Both the position numbers and the translations under genes were made by a program. Below the pieces are notes generated by a model that was not told the origin of the DNA, made no database searches, and saw only the letters and a program-made list of their open reading frames with translations. DNA of 52,724 nt from positions 1 to 52,724 of IMG/VR virus record IMGVR_UViG_3300013800_000015; one strand, given 5' to 3'. Source of the stretch: a virus. Numbering within the stretch: the stretch's first letter is position 1; every line of letters starts with the position of its first letter. Positions 43,330-51,944 of this stretch are shown here, piece after piece.

Positions 43330-43881
43330 ATGAAATCATTCAACCAAGAACTCAAATCCGCCCTAGTTGCGGAAATACGAAAGCACCGGGAACATGATCA
43401 GGTTATTCAGGGGAATTACGGTACTTACGAAGATGGACGTTTTAGGGGCTGTGCTGTGGGATGCGCAATTCACTCGTATTTGGTTGCAGCAGGGGAGGAT
43501 AGTATTGTTGTGGGAAACAGCGAATACCATGACAAGTATGAATCGCTGTTTGGTATCCCTAAGATTCTTGCCGAACTCCAAGACGTAATCCACGAAGGCC
43601 TATCCGACGAAAGCTTCCCAAACTGGCCGGAACGTTTCATGGAAGCGGTACCGGCAGAAACAGACTTGTCCAAAGTATGGCCAGGGTTTACGATATGGCT
43701 GATTGGTAATTTTTTAGCAGAAAAGCAACGTGTCGTAACGGAACAAAGCAGACAAGGCATAGACAATCTCCTGCGCACTGCGGCCAACGCATCTGGTATC
43801 GAAATCAAGGAACAATTCTATGAAAAGTGCGCAGAAAAACTAATCGAACTACTAAAGGCCGAAGGCAATGAACGAATATAA
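43330..43881 (+). CDS. Hypothetical protein.
   Basis: 183-aa ORF. RBS aaaaggagaaaccATG. Confidence 0.6.
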   Translation: MKSFNQELKSALVAEIRKHREHDQVIQGNYGTYEDGRFRGCAVGCAIHSYLVAAGEDSIVVGNSEYHDKYESLFGIPKILAELQDVIHEGLSDESFPNWPERFMEAVPAETDLSKVWPGFTIWLIGNFLAEKQRVVTEQSRQGIDNLLRTAANASGIEIKEQFYEKCAEKLIELLKAEGNERI

Positions 43882-45316
43882 AACCCAACCCTTCAGCTAC
43901 CAATTAGCCGACCTACTAGAAACCCGCGAAGCGTTTAACTATGCGCTATTCTATGAACAGGGACTAGGCAAGACGAAAATGTCGATCGATACCGCTTCTC
44001 ACCTTTTTCGTCTTGGCTGGATTGACTTCGTGATGATCGTTGCACCAAACGACGTACACCGTAACTGGATAGAAGAGCAGTTACCTGTACACCTACCGGA
44101 CGACGTTAACGCGCAATCCCTGGCCAAATACTACGAAACGAATCGGGCAGGCACGAAGTGGCACGAACAAATGCTAACCACCGCAAGCAATTACCCCGGT
44201 CTAACCTGGATCGCCATCAGCTACGACGGCATATGCACCGACAGGGGCAAAGCCTGGGCACGCGAAGTAATGAAAAAGCGCAATGTCCTTTTCATCATGG
44301 ATGAATCGCACACAATCAAAACACCCAACTCGAGTGTGACAAAAACGGTACGGGACATGGCGAAACGAGCTAAATTCCGCCGCATCCTTACCGGTACGCC
44401 CACGGACAAGCCTTTCGATATCTATTCGCAGATCGCGGCGGTGGACTCTGAGTTTTGGAAGCGCCACCGCTTGGGCACATTCCAAGAATTTAATAACATG
44501 TTCGGGGTGTTCTTTCAACCTACCGACCCGTTGACTGGCCTTCCAACAAAATACAAGATACTGAAGGGGTATAAAAACCTTCAATATCTTAACCAAATCA
44601 TCAAAAAAATATCAGTGCGCCGGACAAAGGAAGAAGAACTTGACCTTCCGCCCAAACTGTACAGCAGACGGGATTTGAATATGTCGGCGGAACAAACACG
44701 GGTGTATGCTGAGATGTGCAGGCATTACATTTCAGAAGTTGGGGATAGCACCGTATCTGCTGAAATTTCCCTTGCACTGAAGGGTAAGCTACATCAGATA
44801 GCATGTGGCTTCGCCAAGACAGATGACGGGGAGTGGGTCAACATTCCAGGAAAGAACCCGAAGCTTGAAGCGGTGAAGGACATTGTGGAAAACAGTCAAC
44901 ACAAGCTGATTATCTTCGCCTTTTATACGCATGAGATCGATTTGCTCGTTGAGGCACTGTCAGAGTATGGCGCACTACGATTTGACGGTACCTTGTCTTC
45001 TGACGAAAACGCAAAGAATAAGGAATTATTCAAAACCGATCCGAAACACCAAGTTCTGGTGATGCAGATCGATAAGGGCGCTACCGGCCACAACCTCACG
45101 GAAGCAAAAACGGTGGTGTACTTTTCGAACACGTTTTCATACCTTACCCGCGCCCAAAGTGAAGATAGGGCGCACAGGATAGGCCAGGATAATGCTGTTC
45201 TATATGTTGACTTGGTGATGAAGCGAACAGTAGATGAAGAAATAATAACAGCGCTACGCGGTAAGTGCGACGTAGCCAGTACGATTGTTGGCGATCAGTT
45301 GAAGGAGTGGATATGA
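43868..45316 (+). CDS. SNF2-family helicase/ATPase.
   Basis: GLGKTKMSI (motif I), FIMDESH (motif II), SEDRAHRIGQ (motif VI). Confidence 0.85.
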   Translation: MNEYKTQPFSYQLADLLETREAFNYALFYEQGLGKTKMSIDTASHLFRLGWIDFVMIVAPNDVHRNWIEEQLPVHLPDDVNAQSLAKYYETNRAGTKWHEQMLTTASNYPGLTWIAISYDGICTDRGKAWAREVMKKRNVLFIMDESHTIKTPNSSVTKTVRDMAKRAKFRRILTGTPTDKPFDIYSQIAAVDSEFWKRHRLGTFQEFNNMFGVFFQPTDPLTGLPTKYKILKGYKNLQYLNQIIKKISVRRTKEEELDLPPKLYSRRDLNMSAEQTRVYAEMCRHYISEVGDSTVSAEISLALKGKLHQIACGFAKTDDGEWVNIPGKNPKLEAVKDIVENSQHKLIIFAFYTHEIDLLVEALSEYGALRFDGTLSSDENAKNKELFKTDPKHQVLVMQIDKGATGHNLTEAKTVVYFSNTFSYLTRAQSEDRAHRIGQDNAVLYVDLVMKRTVDEEIITALRGKCDVASTIVGDQLKEWI

Positions 45317-45402
45317 ACAAACGAGAGGTCTTTTACTTTAGTGTTGTCTTACTTTGTCCATTATATTTGGTCATAGCGTGGTACGGCGGCTGGGAAGGTT
45401 AA
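45313..45402 (+). CDS. Possible 29-aa hydrophobic peptide.
   Basis: ATGA overlap with the SNF2 stop. gaaggag lies 6 nt upstream. MNKREVFYFSVVLLCPLYLVIAWYGGWEG. Confidence 0.3.
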   Translation: MNKREVFYFSVVLLCPLYLVIAWYGGWEG

Positions 45403-45461
45403 TTGCAAATAAGAGTTCCACCGGCTACACGGTGGCCAAGAAACTATACAAGGAGATTGAA

Positions 45462-45665
45462 ATGAGCGACTTTCGTGCAAGGCTATTTGAAGAGCATTCT
45501 CAACTTAGCCAGAGAATAGATAGACTTAAGGAATTTATACTTTCAGAGAAGTACGACACTTTACCTGATATTGACAAATCCGATTTAAAGCGGCAGCTCT
45601 CACATATGGAAGGTTACTTTAGCATCCTATCTAAACGCGTTTCTCGCCAATGTAACAACGCCTAG
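45462..45665 (+). CDS. Hypothetical helical protein (67 aa).
   Basis: aaggagattgaaATG. MSDFRARLFEEHSQLSQRIDRLKEFILSEKYDTLPDIDKSDLKRQL... Confidence 0.55.
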   Translation: MSDFRARLFEEHSQLSQRIDRLKEFILSEKYDTLPDIDKSDLKRQLSHMEGYFSILSKRVSRQCNNA

Positions 45666-45682
45666 AAAGCAACCAATCTAGC

Positions 45683-45725
45683 CAGCTTCTGACTTGGTTT
45701 TATTATATTTTATGTGGTTCTATTT
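45683..45725 (+). promoter_or_regulatory. Second-family conserved intergenic motif, copy A.
   Basis: cagcttctgacttggttttatta is near-identical to 47875-47897. Confidence 0.5.
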
Positions 45726-45881
45726 ATGAATGTTGAAAATACTGAAATGGTTTGCCAGACTGAAAGAGAATCTTGGACTTGCAAGAATATGAAAGAGTAT
45801 GGCGATGACATGGATTGCGAGCGGTATGTGTGTGATGTTTGCGGCAGAACAATGAAACTTTATTACGACGAGATGAAGTGA
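45726..45881 (+). CDS. Mini-ORF, 51 aa, Cys-rich (zinc-ribbon-like). Not in the ORF track.
   Basis: MNVENTEMVCQTERESWTCKNMKEYGDDMDCERYVCDVCGRTMKLYYDEMK. Confidence 0.4.
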   Translation: MNVENTEMVCQTERESWTCKNMKEYGDDMDCERYVCDVCGRTMKLYYDEMK

Positions 45882-45909
45882 CTTGGTTTTATTAGTTTTG
45901 AGGTGAGAT
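45879..45909 (+). promoter_or_regulatory. Second-family motif, copy B, with the leader tttgaggtgagatGTG.
   Basis: tgacttggttttatta followed by gttttgaggtgagat. Confidence 0.5.
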
Positions 45910-46113
45910 GTGGAAACTTGGATTTTGACTACGAAAGAGTCACGAGCAAAACACAGAGATTATCCATTAGGAACAAAAGCCCACGCTGTCGGCGGAGGCT
46001 GCTGGATAAAGGTCGAAAGGGGCTGGAAGTGGGCAACAAGCGGGTGCGTATTTCCAACACCAGGTGCGGACGTAATTAGAATTGAATTACCAGATGACCA
46101 GGTTACGACATGA
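45910..46113 (+). CDS. Hypothetical protein (GTG start), translationally coupled to the methyltransferase.
   Basis: 67-aa ORF. ATGA overlap with 46110. Confidence 0.5.
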   Translation: METWILTTKESRAKHRDYPLGTKAHAVGGGCWIKVERGWKWATSGCVFPTPGADVIRIELPDDQVTT

Positions 46114-47789
46114 ATATGCTCGCAGAACTAAAGCACACCGCCCAAGACCATGAGTGGTACCCAACAACCAACGAGATAATTGAAGCATTCCACAACCATG
46201 TTCACCATTTCGAGATTGAAAGCCTACTAGATATCGGGGCGGGAAACGGCAAAGTATTGACAACGTTCAAAGACAAAAACAGCAGGCAAGAGCATTGCTA
46301 CGCTACTGACTTGCTGGCGATTGAAAAATCGCAGCCACTGCTTGAGAGCTTGCCACCGGAAATCGGAATACTTGGCACTGACTTTTGGCAGCAATCGTTA
46401 CTCGATAAGTCGGTGGATTGTATTTTCTCGAATCCACCCTATAGCGAGTTTGTGGAATGGAGCGTGAAGGTTATCCGGGAAGCGAATGCAAACCTTATTT
46501 ACCTGGTTATCCCGCAACGGTGGAAAGATCAGAAGCAAATAACCTCAGCTATTGAAGCACGCAAGGGCGGTTTTGAAGTAATCGGCAGCTTTGACTTCCT
46601 GAATTCCGAAGATCGGCAGGCGCGCGCAAAAGTTGACCTAGTATTTATCTGGTTATGCCATGACTCACAGCTGCGCGGTTCACACCAATCCCGCAGCCGT
46701 GTGGGCGCAATGACAGACCCTTTTGAGCAATGGGTGTGTGAGTTTTTCAAGCTTGACGATAAGCAAAAACAAACAGGATCAGATCACGTCCGTGACACCG
46801 AAACACAGAAAACAAGGAAAGAGCAAGTCAAAAACGCATTGGTTGCTGGTAACGGCATGATCGAAGTATTGGACAACCTTTACCGCGATGAATTGGCCTT
46901 CCTAATAGGAAACTACCAGAAAGTTGCGGAATTGGACGCTGCTTTGTTCAAAGAGCTTGAGATATCAATACGCTCAATAACCAGTACGCTAAAATCACGC
47001 ATAAAAGGATTGAAGTCATTTTACTGGAATGAACTGTTTGAAAACTACGCGCCGCTGACAAATCGACTAACAAGCGCAAGCCGAAATAGCTTTATCGAAA
47101 GCATTCGACGCAAAACCAACATCGACTTCAATGCATCGAACGCCTACGCAATCACGATATGGTCAATCAAAAACGCGGATCAATATCTTGATAACCAAAT
47201 GATTGAGACGTACCGCAAGATGGTCAATGCCGCCAATGTTATCAACTACAAATCCAATGAGAAGGTATTCAAGAATAACTATTTTCGATATAACTGGGAT
47301 GAGCATTCACACTTCAAGCTGGATTACCGGATTGTGATTGAGCGTATGGGCGGAATTGATAAAAGAGACTGGACACGCGAGGCCAGAGGTGGGCTAACGA
47401 ATAGTTGCGCGGACTTCATCGATGACTTGATTGTCGTAGCGAACAACCTTGGATTTAATGCCACCGACTCGGTTATTGCACACAATTTCGAAGCCGGAAA
47501 GAAAGAAACCTTCCCGTGCATAGACAAATCAGGCAAAGAAACTGAATTAATGACCGTTCGCGCCTACATGAACGGGAATCTGCACCTAAAGCTAAATCAG
47601 AAATTCATTCTGGCTTTGAATGTAGAGATTGGCCGGTTAAAAGGCTGGATTCATAACGTGCAGCAAGCGGCGGCTGAAATGGAAGAGAAAGAAGAAGAAG
47701 TATCGGTACACTACAAATCAAGTTATACGCTGATTGGTGATAACACTTTGACTAAATTACTAGGAGTCACACAACCATGCACACCGTAG
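46110..47789 (+). CDS. N6-adenine DNA methyltransferase (NPPY) with a long C-terminal extension, possibly DUF4942-like.
   Basis: LLDIGAGNGKVL (motif I) and IFSNPPYSEF (motif IV) lie in the first ~130 aa. About 400 further residues have no motif I could recognise. Confidence 0.75.
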   Translation: MNMLAELKHTAQDHEWYPTTNEIIEAFHNHVHHFEIESLLDIGAGNGKVLTTFKDKNSRQEHCYATDLLAIEKSQPLLESLPPEIGILGTDFWQQSLLDKSVDCIFSNPPYSEFVEWSVKVIREANANLIYLVIPQRWKDQKQITSAIEARKGGFEVIGSFDFLNSEDRQARAKVDLVFIWLCHDSQLRGSHQSRSRVGAMTDPFEQWVCEFFKLDDKQKQTGSDHVRDTETQKTRKEQVKNALVAGNGMIEVLDNLYRDELAFLIGNYQKVAELDAALFKELEISIRSITSTLKSRIKGLKSFYWNELFENYAPLTNRLTSASRNSFIESIRRKTNIDFNASNAYAITIWSIKNADQYLDNQMIETYRKMVNAANVINYKSNEKVFKNNYFRYNWDEHSHFKLDYRIVIERMGGIDKRDWTREARGGLTNSCADFIDDLIVVANNLGFNATDSVIAHNFEAGKKETFPCIDKSGKETELMTVRAYMNGNLHLKLNQKFILALNVEIGRLKGWIHNVQQAAAEMEEKEEEVSVHYKSSYTLIGDNTLTKLLGVTQPCTP

Positions 47790-47874
47790 TCGAAGAAAGT
47801 ATGCCGGAGTCAAATTACGTTTTTTTTGCTCATCGAAATGTTACGGTAGGTTCGTTGGTGTTTTCTAATCTGTT

Positions 47875-47912
47875 CAGCTTCTGACTTGTTTTTATTAAAT
47901 TTGAGGTGAGAT
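47875..47912 (+). promoter_or_regulatory. Second-family motif, copy C, with the leader tttgaggtgagatATG.
   Basis: cagcttctgacttgtttttatta followed by aatttgaggtgagat. Confidence 0.5.
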
Positions 47913-48089
47913 ATGAAGCGCAAAGAAATTGCGGAGATTTTGAATCGAATATGCCCGAACGAGAAGGCGCATAGATTTGTAAGCAGGCATGGGAATACTT
48001 ATTGCGCCAGCTGCGGTATAAAACCTGCATTATGGGTAAGTAGAGGGAAAGGTCACAATCCGGAAGATAATAACTTATGTGTACGGTAA
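47913..48089 (+). CDS. Mini-ORF, 58 aa, Cys/His-containing. Not in the ORF track.
   Basis: MKRKEIAEILNRICPNEKAHRFVSRHGNTYCASCGIKPALWVSRGKGHNPEDNNLCVR. Confidence 0.45.
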   Translation: MKRKEIAEILNRICPNEKAHRFVSRHGNTYCASCGIKPALWVSRGKGHNPEDNNLCVR

Positions 48090-48103
48090 TTTTGGGGTGA
48101 GAT
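48087..48103 (+). promoter_or_regulatory. Second-family leader, copy D (ttttggggtgagatATG).
   Basis: The ggtgagatatg block is shared with copies B and C. Confidence 0.4.
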
Positions 48104-48247
48104 ATGTTTAATTATTTTAAAGAGATACTGGCAACACTAACGCGGATAGCAGAGCACTTAGCTAAACTAGCGGCATGTGTTAGGGAAAGTGACCGTGGTT
48201 ATGGAGATAGAAGATCAATATACATTAAGCATTGGAATGATAACTAA
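48104..48247 (+). CDS. Mini-ORF, 47 aa. Not in the ORF track.
   Basis: MFNYFKEILATLTRIAEHLAKLAACVRESDRGYGDRRSIYIKHWNDN, behind the shared leader. Confidence 0.35.
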   Translation: MFNYFKEILATLTRIAEHLAKLAACVRESDRGYGDRRSIYIKHWNDN

Positions 48248-48509
48248 AATGCACACAATAGTAGAATTAGCCAACGCAGCAAGACGTGCCAAGACAACCG
48301 TAATGGACACGCTGCGCGCAGAAGGCATCGAATTTATAGAAAAGATCGGAAGCCAAGGCGGCAGGCCGCTGAAGTTGTATAAAATAACGATTCAGGAATT
48401 TATAAAATTACAAGAAGCACGAACACCAGGCAAGAAGCCAAAGCCGAAGGTAGAGCAGCAACAGGTCAACGGCATTAATGATTTATTGTTGGCAAGGTGG
48501 AGCAGATAG
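48201..48509 (+). CDS. Hypothetical protein with a possible HTH and a Lys/Pro-rich tail. The start is uncertain.
   Basis: TIVELANAARRAKTTVMDTLRAEGIEF. Alternative starts at 48237 and 48249. Confidence 0.45.
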   Translation: MEIEDQYTLSIGMITKMHTIVELANAARRAKTTVMDTLRAEGIEFIEKIGSQGGRPLKLYKITIQEFIKLQEARTPGKKPKPKVEQQQVNGINDLLLARWSR

Positions 48510-48510
48510 C

Positions 48511-48578
48511 TTGACATTTGCGCCGAATAACGTAAAATGAACGTATCGATAAATTAATAGAAAAGGAGAACAGCTAAA
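48511..48578 (+). promoter_or_regulatory. Conserved early promoter plus leader cassette, copy 7.
   Basis: TTGACA (48511-48516), 16-nt spacer, TAAAAT (48533-48538), then the leader ..ttaatagaaaaggagaacag. Confidence 0.7.
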
Positions 48579-48941
48579 ATGACAGAAGAAAGATATTGGC
48601 ACCCTGAAAAAGAATCAAACTACTATACTATATTAAAGGTAAGCAACAAGTTGTGTGGGATGGCTGCGCTTAAGTCTCTCTTTACTGATGCCAAGGCAGA
48701 GGATATGAATTTCGTATTATTTTCTACATCAGGCATTCATGGTAGCTATATAACAATTGAAGACGCAGAACAAGCAATAAACAATAAGGAAGATATATTG
48801 GACGTAACTTTCCTGGTAGTACAACCACGAATAGTGTCACTTAGGTACGGAAACTGCACCCCGGAAACACTAGAAGATATACAGTTTCTTAAGACACTTA
48901 GAGAGACAAGCATGAAAGCGGTAGCAGAAATAGGTTTCTAA
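48579..48941 (+). CDS. Hypothetical protein.
   Basis: 120-aa ORF behind the conserved leader. Confidence 0.6.
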   Translation: MTEERYWHPEKESNYYTILKVSNKLCGMAALKSLFTDAKAEDMNFVLFSTSGIHGSYITIEDAEQAINNKEDILDVTFLVVQPRIVSLRYGNCTPETLEDIQFLKTLRETSMKAVAEIGF

Positions 48942-48966
48942 TTAATAGAAAAGGAGAACACATAAG

Positions 48967-49395
48967 ATGTCAGAATGGCAAACATTTACCGGAGCGCCTG
49001 AACAGTTTTTAGCGTTATCGGAAGCGCGACATGGGGTTATAGTAAAAGGAATGAGTGAGCCTGTTCCTATGACTGACTTGCAGGAACTAACAGACTATTT
49101 CAGAGAATACGATACGAAAGAATTTTTAATTTGTAACCCACACCCACTCGAAGACATGATCTGCCAGCAAGCGCGTACTGGGCAGGAAGTTTGGGTACTT
49201 GAGCCTGTTGTTGGTACCGAAGAGCATCCACTATGGCCAAGGTTACTGGCCGCAGGTATAAGCCGTGAGAACGTAGGCACCGTAATAACGGAAAATGGTA
49301 TCTTTTGCCAATACAGTACGCACACGCCATATTGGCACATACCTGATGCACAATACAGTTTTACACGTTTTGGGGGATACCGTGCCAACAAATAA
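48967..49395 (+). CDS. Hypothetical protein.
   Basis: 142-aa ORF behind ttaatagaaaaggagaacacataagATG. Confidence 0.6.
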   Translation: MSEWQTFTGAPEQFLALSEARHGVIVKGMSEPVPMTDLQELTDYFREYDTKEFLICNPHPLEDMICQQARTGQEVWVLEPVVGTEEHPLWPRLLAAGISRENVGTVITENGIFCQYSTHTPYWHIPDAQYSFTRFGGYRANK

Positions 49396-49783
49396 AATAT
49401 CCAGAATAGACCGCTTCGCAGCGGTTAAACTTCGGCAACGGATCCAGGAAGAAATAATAAAGGCACCTAATTACGCCACATATACGAGCCTGTTCAACAA
49501 GTTTCTTATAAATGGTTGGCTCCCACACAAAGCAAACGGCGAACCACTTGAAGACTTCGGTTTCCGTAGGCACTTCAACACAGTCAAAAAGGATTTGAAT
49601 CACGATTTTTCTGGCTTCTTTATTTGCTTCCTGAGTCGTGCAGCAGTGGGTGCGTACAAAGACTATCACAGGCTAGGAACAGCACCCAAAGCATACAACG
49701 GAATGCGCGAGATCGTGAGCATGACCGGATTGCAAGACGTTACGGTAAGTGATTTATTAATTTTGAATGGGGGAATACGATGA
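49382..49783 (+). CDS. Hypothetical protein. The start is uncertain (GTG 49382 preferred).
   Basis: gggggataccGTG. The track start at 49295 would overlap the previous gene by 100 nt. Confidence 0.45.
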   Translation: MPTNKISRIDRFAAVKLRQRIQEEIIKAPNYATYTSLFNKFLINGWLPHKANGEPLEDFGFRRHFNTVKKDLNHDFSGFFICFLSRAAVGAYKDYHRLGTAPKAYNGMREIVSMTGLQDVTVSDLLILNGGIR

Positions 49784-49914
49784 GGATAGAGCAACATATA
49801 TTTGCAGTAATTTTAGCCATTGTAGCAATTGTACTGATAGGTGAAAATTCTTCATATTTAGTGTCTCTTGGTGTATTTCTTTTCGCCTGGGCGAACAATC
49901 TGGATAGATCATGA
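49780..49914 (+). CDS. Possible 44-aa two-TM membrane peptide. Not in the ORF track.
   Basis: ATGA overlaps at both ends. MRIEQHIFAVILAIVAIVLIGENSSYLVSLGVFLFAWANNLDRS. Confidence 0.4.
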   Translation: MRIEQHIFAVILAIVAIVLIGENSSYLVSLGVFLFAWANNLDRS

Positions 49915-50306
49915 ACAAATTACACACATTACCAAACGGCGACGGCATTGAATTAGGGAGAGTATTCGCAGTGCATTATCTGACGGCGCTGGGTGCAGAA
50001 TATAAACCGAAAGTAAAAGTTGAGTATGTAACCGGCGGTACAGCACAAACAACAGCAGGAACAAGCTGGGTAGCTTTTGACACCGACGAAGAAGCAATAA
50101 AATTTCGTGACGAATTCATCAAAACAATCAACGACGCACGACAAGTAACCTGGACAGCAGACCAAATAGAAGCAGCACCAGACGGCAACGGCTTTGGTGA
50201 TTGGTATCAACGATATCGGGTGTGGAACCGGGATAAGACGGTGGTGTTGCTGCATACTGATGTACTGAAGGATGCGATTGAGTTTTTAAATAAAGCGGAA
50301 AACTAA
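49911..50306 (+). CDS. Hypothetical protein.
   Basis: 131-aa ORF. Confidence 0.6.
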   Translation: MNKLHTLPNGDGIELGRVFAVHYLTALGAEYKPKVKVEYVTGGTAQTTAGTSWVAFDTDEEAIKFRDEFIKTINDARQVTWTADQIEAAPDGNGFGDWYQRYRVWNRDKTVVLLHTDVLKDAIEFLNKAEN

Positions 50307-50307
50307 C

Positions 50308-50601
50308 ATGCAACATCACGACCTAAAACTTTTCACAAAATACTTCCAGCCGGTCGTTGACGGCGATAAGCGCAGCGAAGTCCGCACCAACGACCGGCAG
50401 TATGAGGTTGGCGATATCGTAACCCTGCACGAAGGGCAACCAGGTCTTAATGGTTTCGAGTACACAGGCCGATCTATATCCGCACGGATCAGCTTCGTTG
50501 ACAGCTTCGGGTGCAAGCAAGGATACGTGAGCCTATCTCTGAGTGATGTGGGCCTAGTATTCGCTGCGGACTACCCGGAATTTTTGAAGGAACAAGCATG
50601 A
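50308..50601 (+). CDS. ASCH/DUF3850-like (PUA-fold) protein.
   Basis: HDLKLFTKYFQPVVDGDKRSEVRTNDRQYEVGDIVTLHE fits the DUF3850 pattern H-x-LK...F..G.K.FE.R.NDR.Y.VGD. Confidence 0.7.
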   Translation: MQHHDLKLFTKYFQPVVDGDKRSEVRTNDRQYEVGDIVTLHEGQPGLNGFEYTGRSISARISFVDSFGCKQGYVSLSLSDVGLVFAADYPEFLKEQA

Positions 50602-50960
50602 CCGTATATGTAGTGCAACAACCCCAACGCTGGAACCACCAGAAACAAGCAATGGAATCCGCATTCGACGTAGTTGAGGCCGAAGAATTTGGTGACCTGG
50701 TTTACCTGCTCTCCCCGATGGCCAAACCGTTCAATGTGGAAGACTCGATCCTTGGGCAAATTAAGGAAGGGTTGGCACGGTTCAGTGATGATGACTACCT
50801 TTTGCTTATTGGGAATCCGGTGCTGATTGGTGTTGTTTGCACTGTAGCAGCTGCACACAATGAAGGCCGCGTGCAGCTGCTACAGTGGAGCGGAAAGAAT
50901 AAAAAATATATTCCGATTACCGTGAAAAATCTCTTGACTTCTACGCCGAACTCGATATAA
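50598..50960 (+). CDS. Hypothetical protein.
   Basis: 120-aa ORF. Its last 27 nt carry the next promoter -35 box. Confidence 0.6.
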   Translation: MTVYVVQQPQRWNHQKQAMESAFDVVEAEEFGDLVYLLSPMAKPFNVEDSILGQIKEGLARFSDDDYLLLIGNPVLIGVVCTVAAAHNEGRVQLLQWSGKNKKYIPITVKNLLTSTPNSI

Positions 50961-51001
50961 TTACCGAATCGCAACACAAACAATAGAAAAGGAGAAACAA
51001 A
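50934..51001 (+). promoter_or_regulatory. Conserved early promoter plus leader cassette, copy 8.
   Basis: TTGACT (50934-50939), 16-nt spacer, TATAAT (50956-50961), then the leader taccgaatcgcaacacaaacaatagaaaaggagaaacaaa. Confidence 0.75.
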
Positions 51002-51373
51002 ATGGAAAAGATTCTAGGGATAATCGGTAACAAGAAATTAATTTCTGCATTCGAGAGAAATGACTTAGTGGCACTCAACCAGATAGCTACAAAGCTATAT
51101 AAAAAAGCGCGCAGGGTGCAAGACAAAAATGAATACCTTCTGTCTGCCTGCCTGTCCTACTCGAGAAATGAAGCTACGGACATAGAAGTAGTTTTACGGG
51201 CCTACCTAGAAAAGCACTGCGAAGAAATGGCGTTAACTGCGCGCGCTGATATTCAGTGCTCAGCAGAATTTATAGAAGAGCAAGATGTTCTTCGCAGATA
51301 TGACATGAAAATAACGGCATATGAAAAAATGTATGCAGCCTGTATGTGCTCCGGCATAGTGTGTCAACAATGA
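51002..51373 (+). CDS. Hypothetical protein.
   Basis: 123-aa ORF behind the conserved leader. Confidence 0.6.
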   Translation: MEKILGIIGNKKLISAFERNDLVALNQIATKLYKKARRVQDKNEYLLSACLSYSRNEATDIEVVLRAYLEKHCEEMALTARADIQCSAEFIEEQDVLRRYDMKITAYEKMYAACMCSGIVCQQ

Positions 51374-51891
51374 CAACAGATATGCAACGCCTAAACACAC
51401 TTGTCCACGATCAGTTATTGGCTGAGGATGAGGTAGCTCGGGCTGAAGCTTTACTTAGTCGGGCTAAAAAAAGACTAGCACGGTTGAGCGAATACGTAAT
51501 CCCTGACGTAATGGAAGAAATGGGGATCAACGAGTACAAAACCAACAATGGCCTGACCATCAAGCTGAAGCAAGCTATCCGGGCAAGTATCTCTGAAGTA
51601 AACCGCTCTGATGCCTTTGGCTGGATGACGGATCACGATCACGAAGCAATGATTAAAACCAGCATAGTCATTGAAAAGCCCGCGCTGCTGGATGACTACG
51701 ACAACGCGGCTGAGTTAACAGCAGCATTGTCGTTGATAACTACTTCGCTACCCAGCACCGAGAACAAGAGCATTCATTCCAGCACACTCTCCGCTTTCGT
51801 TAGGGACAAGCTGGAAGACGGTGAAGAAATACCGCTGGATACTTTCTCAGTATTTCGACAAGTAACTTCAGTTATTAAAACAAGTAAGTAA
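51370..51891 (+). CDS. Hypothetical protein with an N-terminal coiled coil.
   Basis: The ATGA overlap sets the start at 51370 (173 aa). Confidence 0.6.
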   Translation: MTTDMQRLNTLVHDQLLAEDEVARAEALLSRAKKRLARLSEYVIPDVMEEMGINEYKTNNGLTIKLKQAIRASISEVNRSDAFGWMTDHDHEAMIKTSIVIEKPALLDDYDNAAELTAALSLITTSLPSTENKSIHSSTLSAFVRDKLEDGEEIPLDTFSVFRQVTSVIKTSK

Positions 51892-51944
51892 GGTAACGCC
51901 GGGAACCTTTCCTTAACCGGCAAACTATGTAAAGGAGCAATACA

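Noticed and set aside
4554-51001. Whether the dispersed 65-70-nt repeats could be a CRISPR-like array or a mobile element (MITE).
   Set aside because: The copies are kilobases apart. Each has a -35/-10 geometry and ends at a start codon. There are no terminal inverted repeats or target-site duplications. They are promoters and leaders, not an array or transposon.
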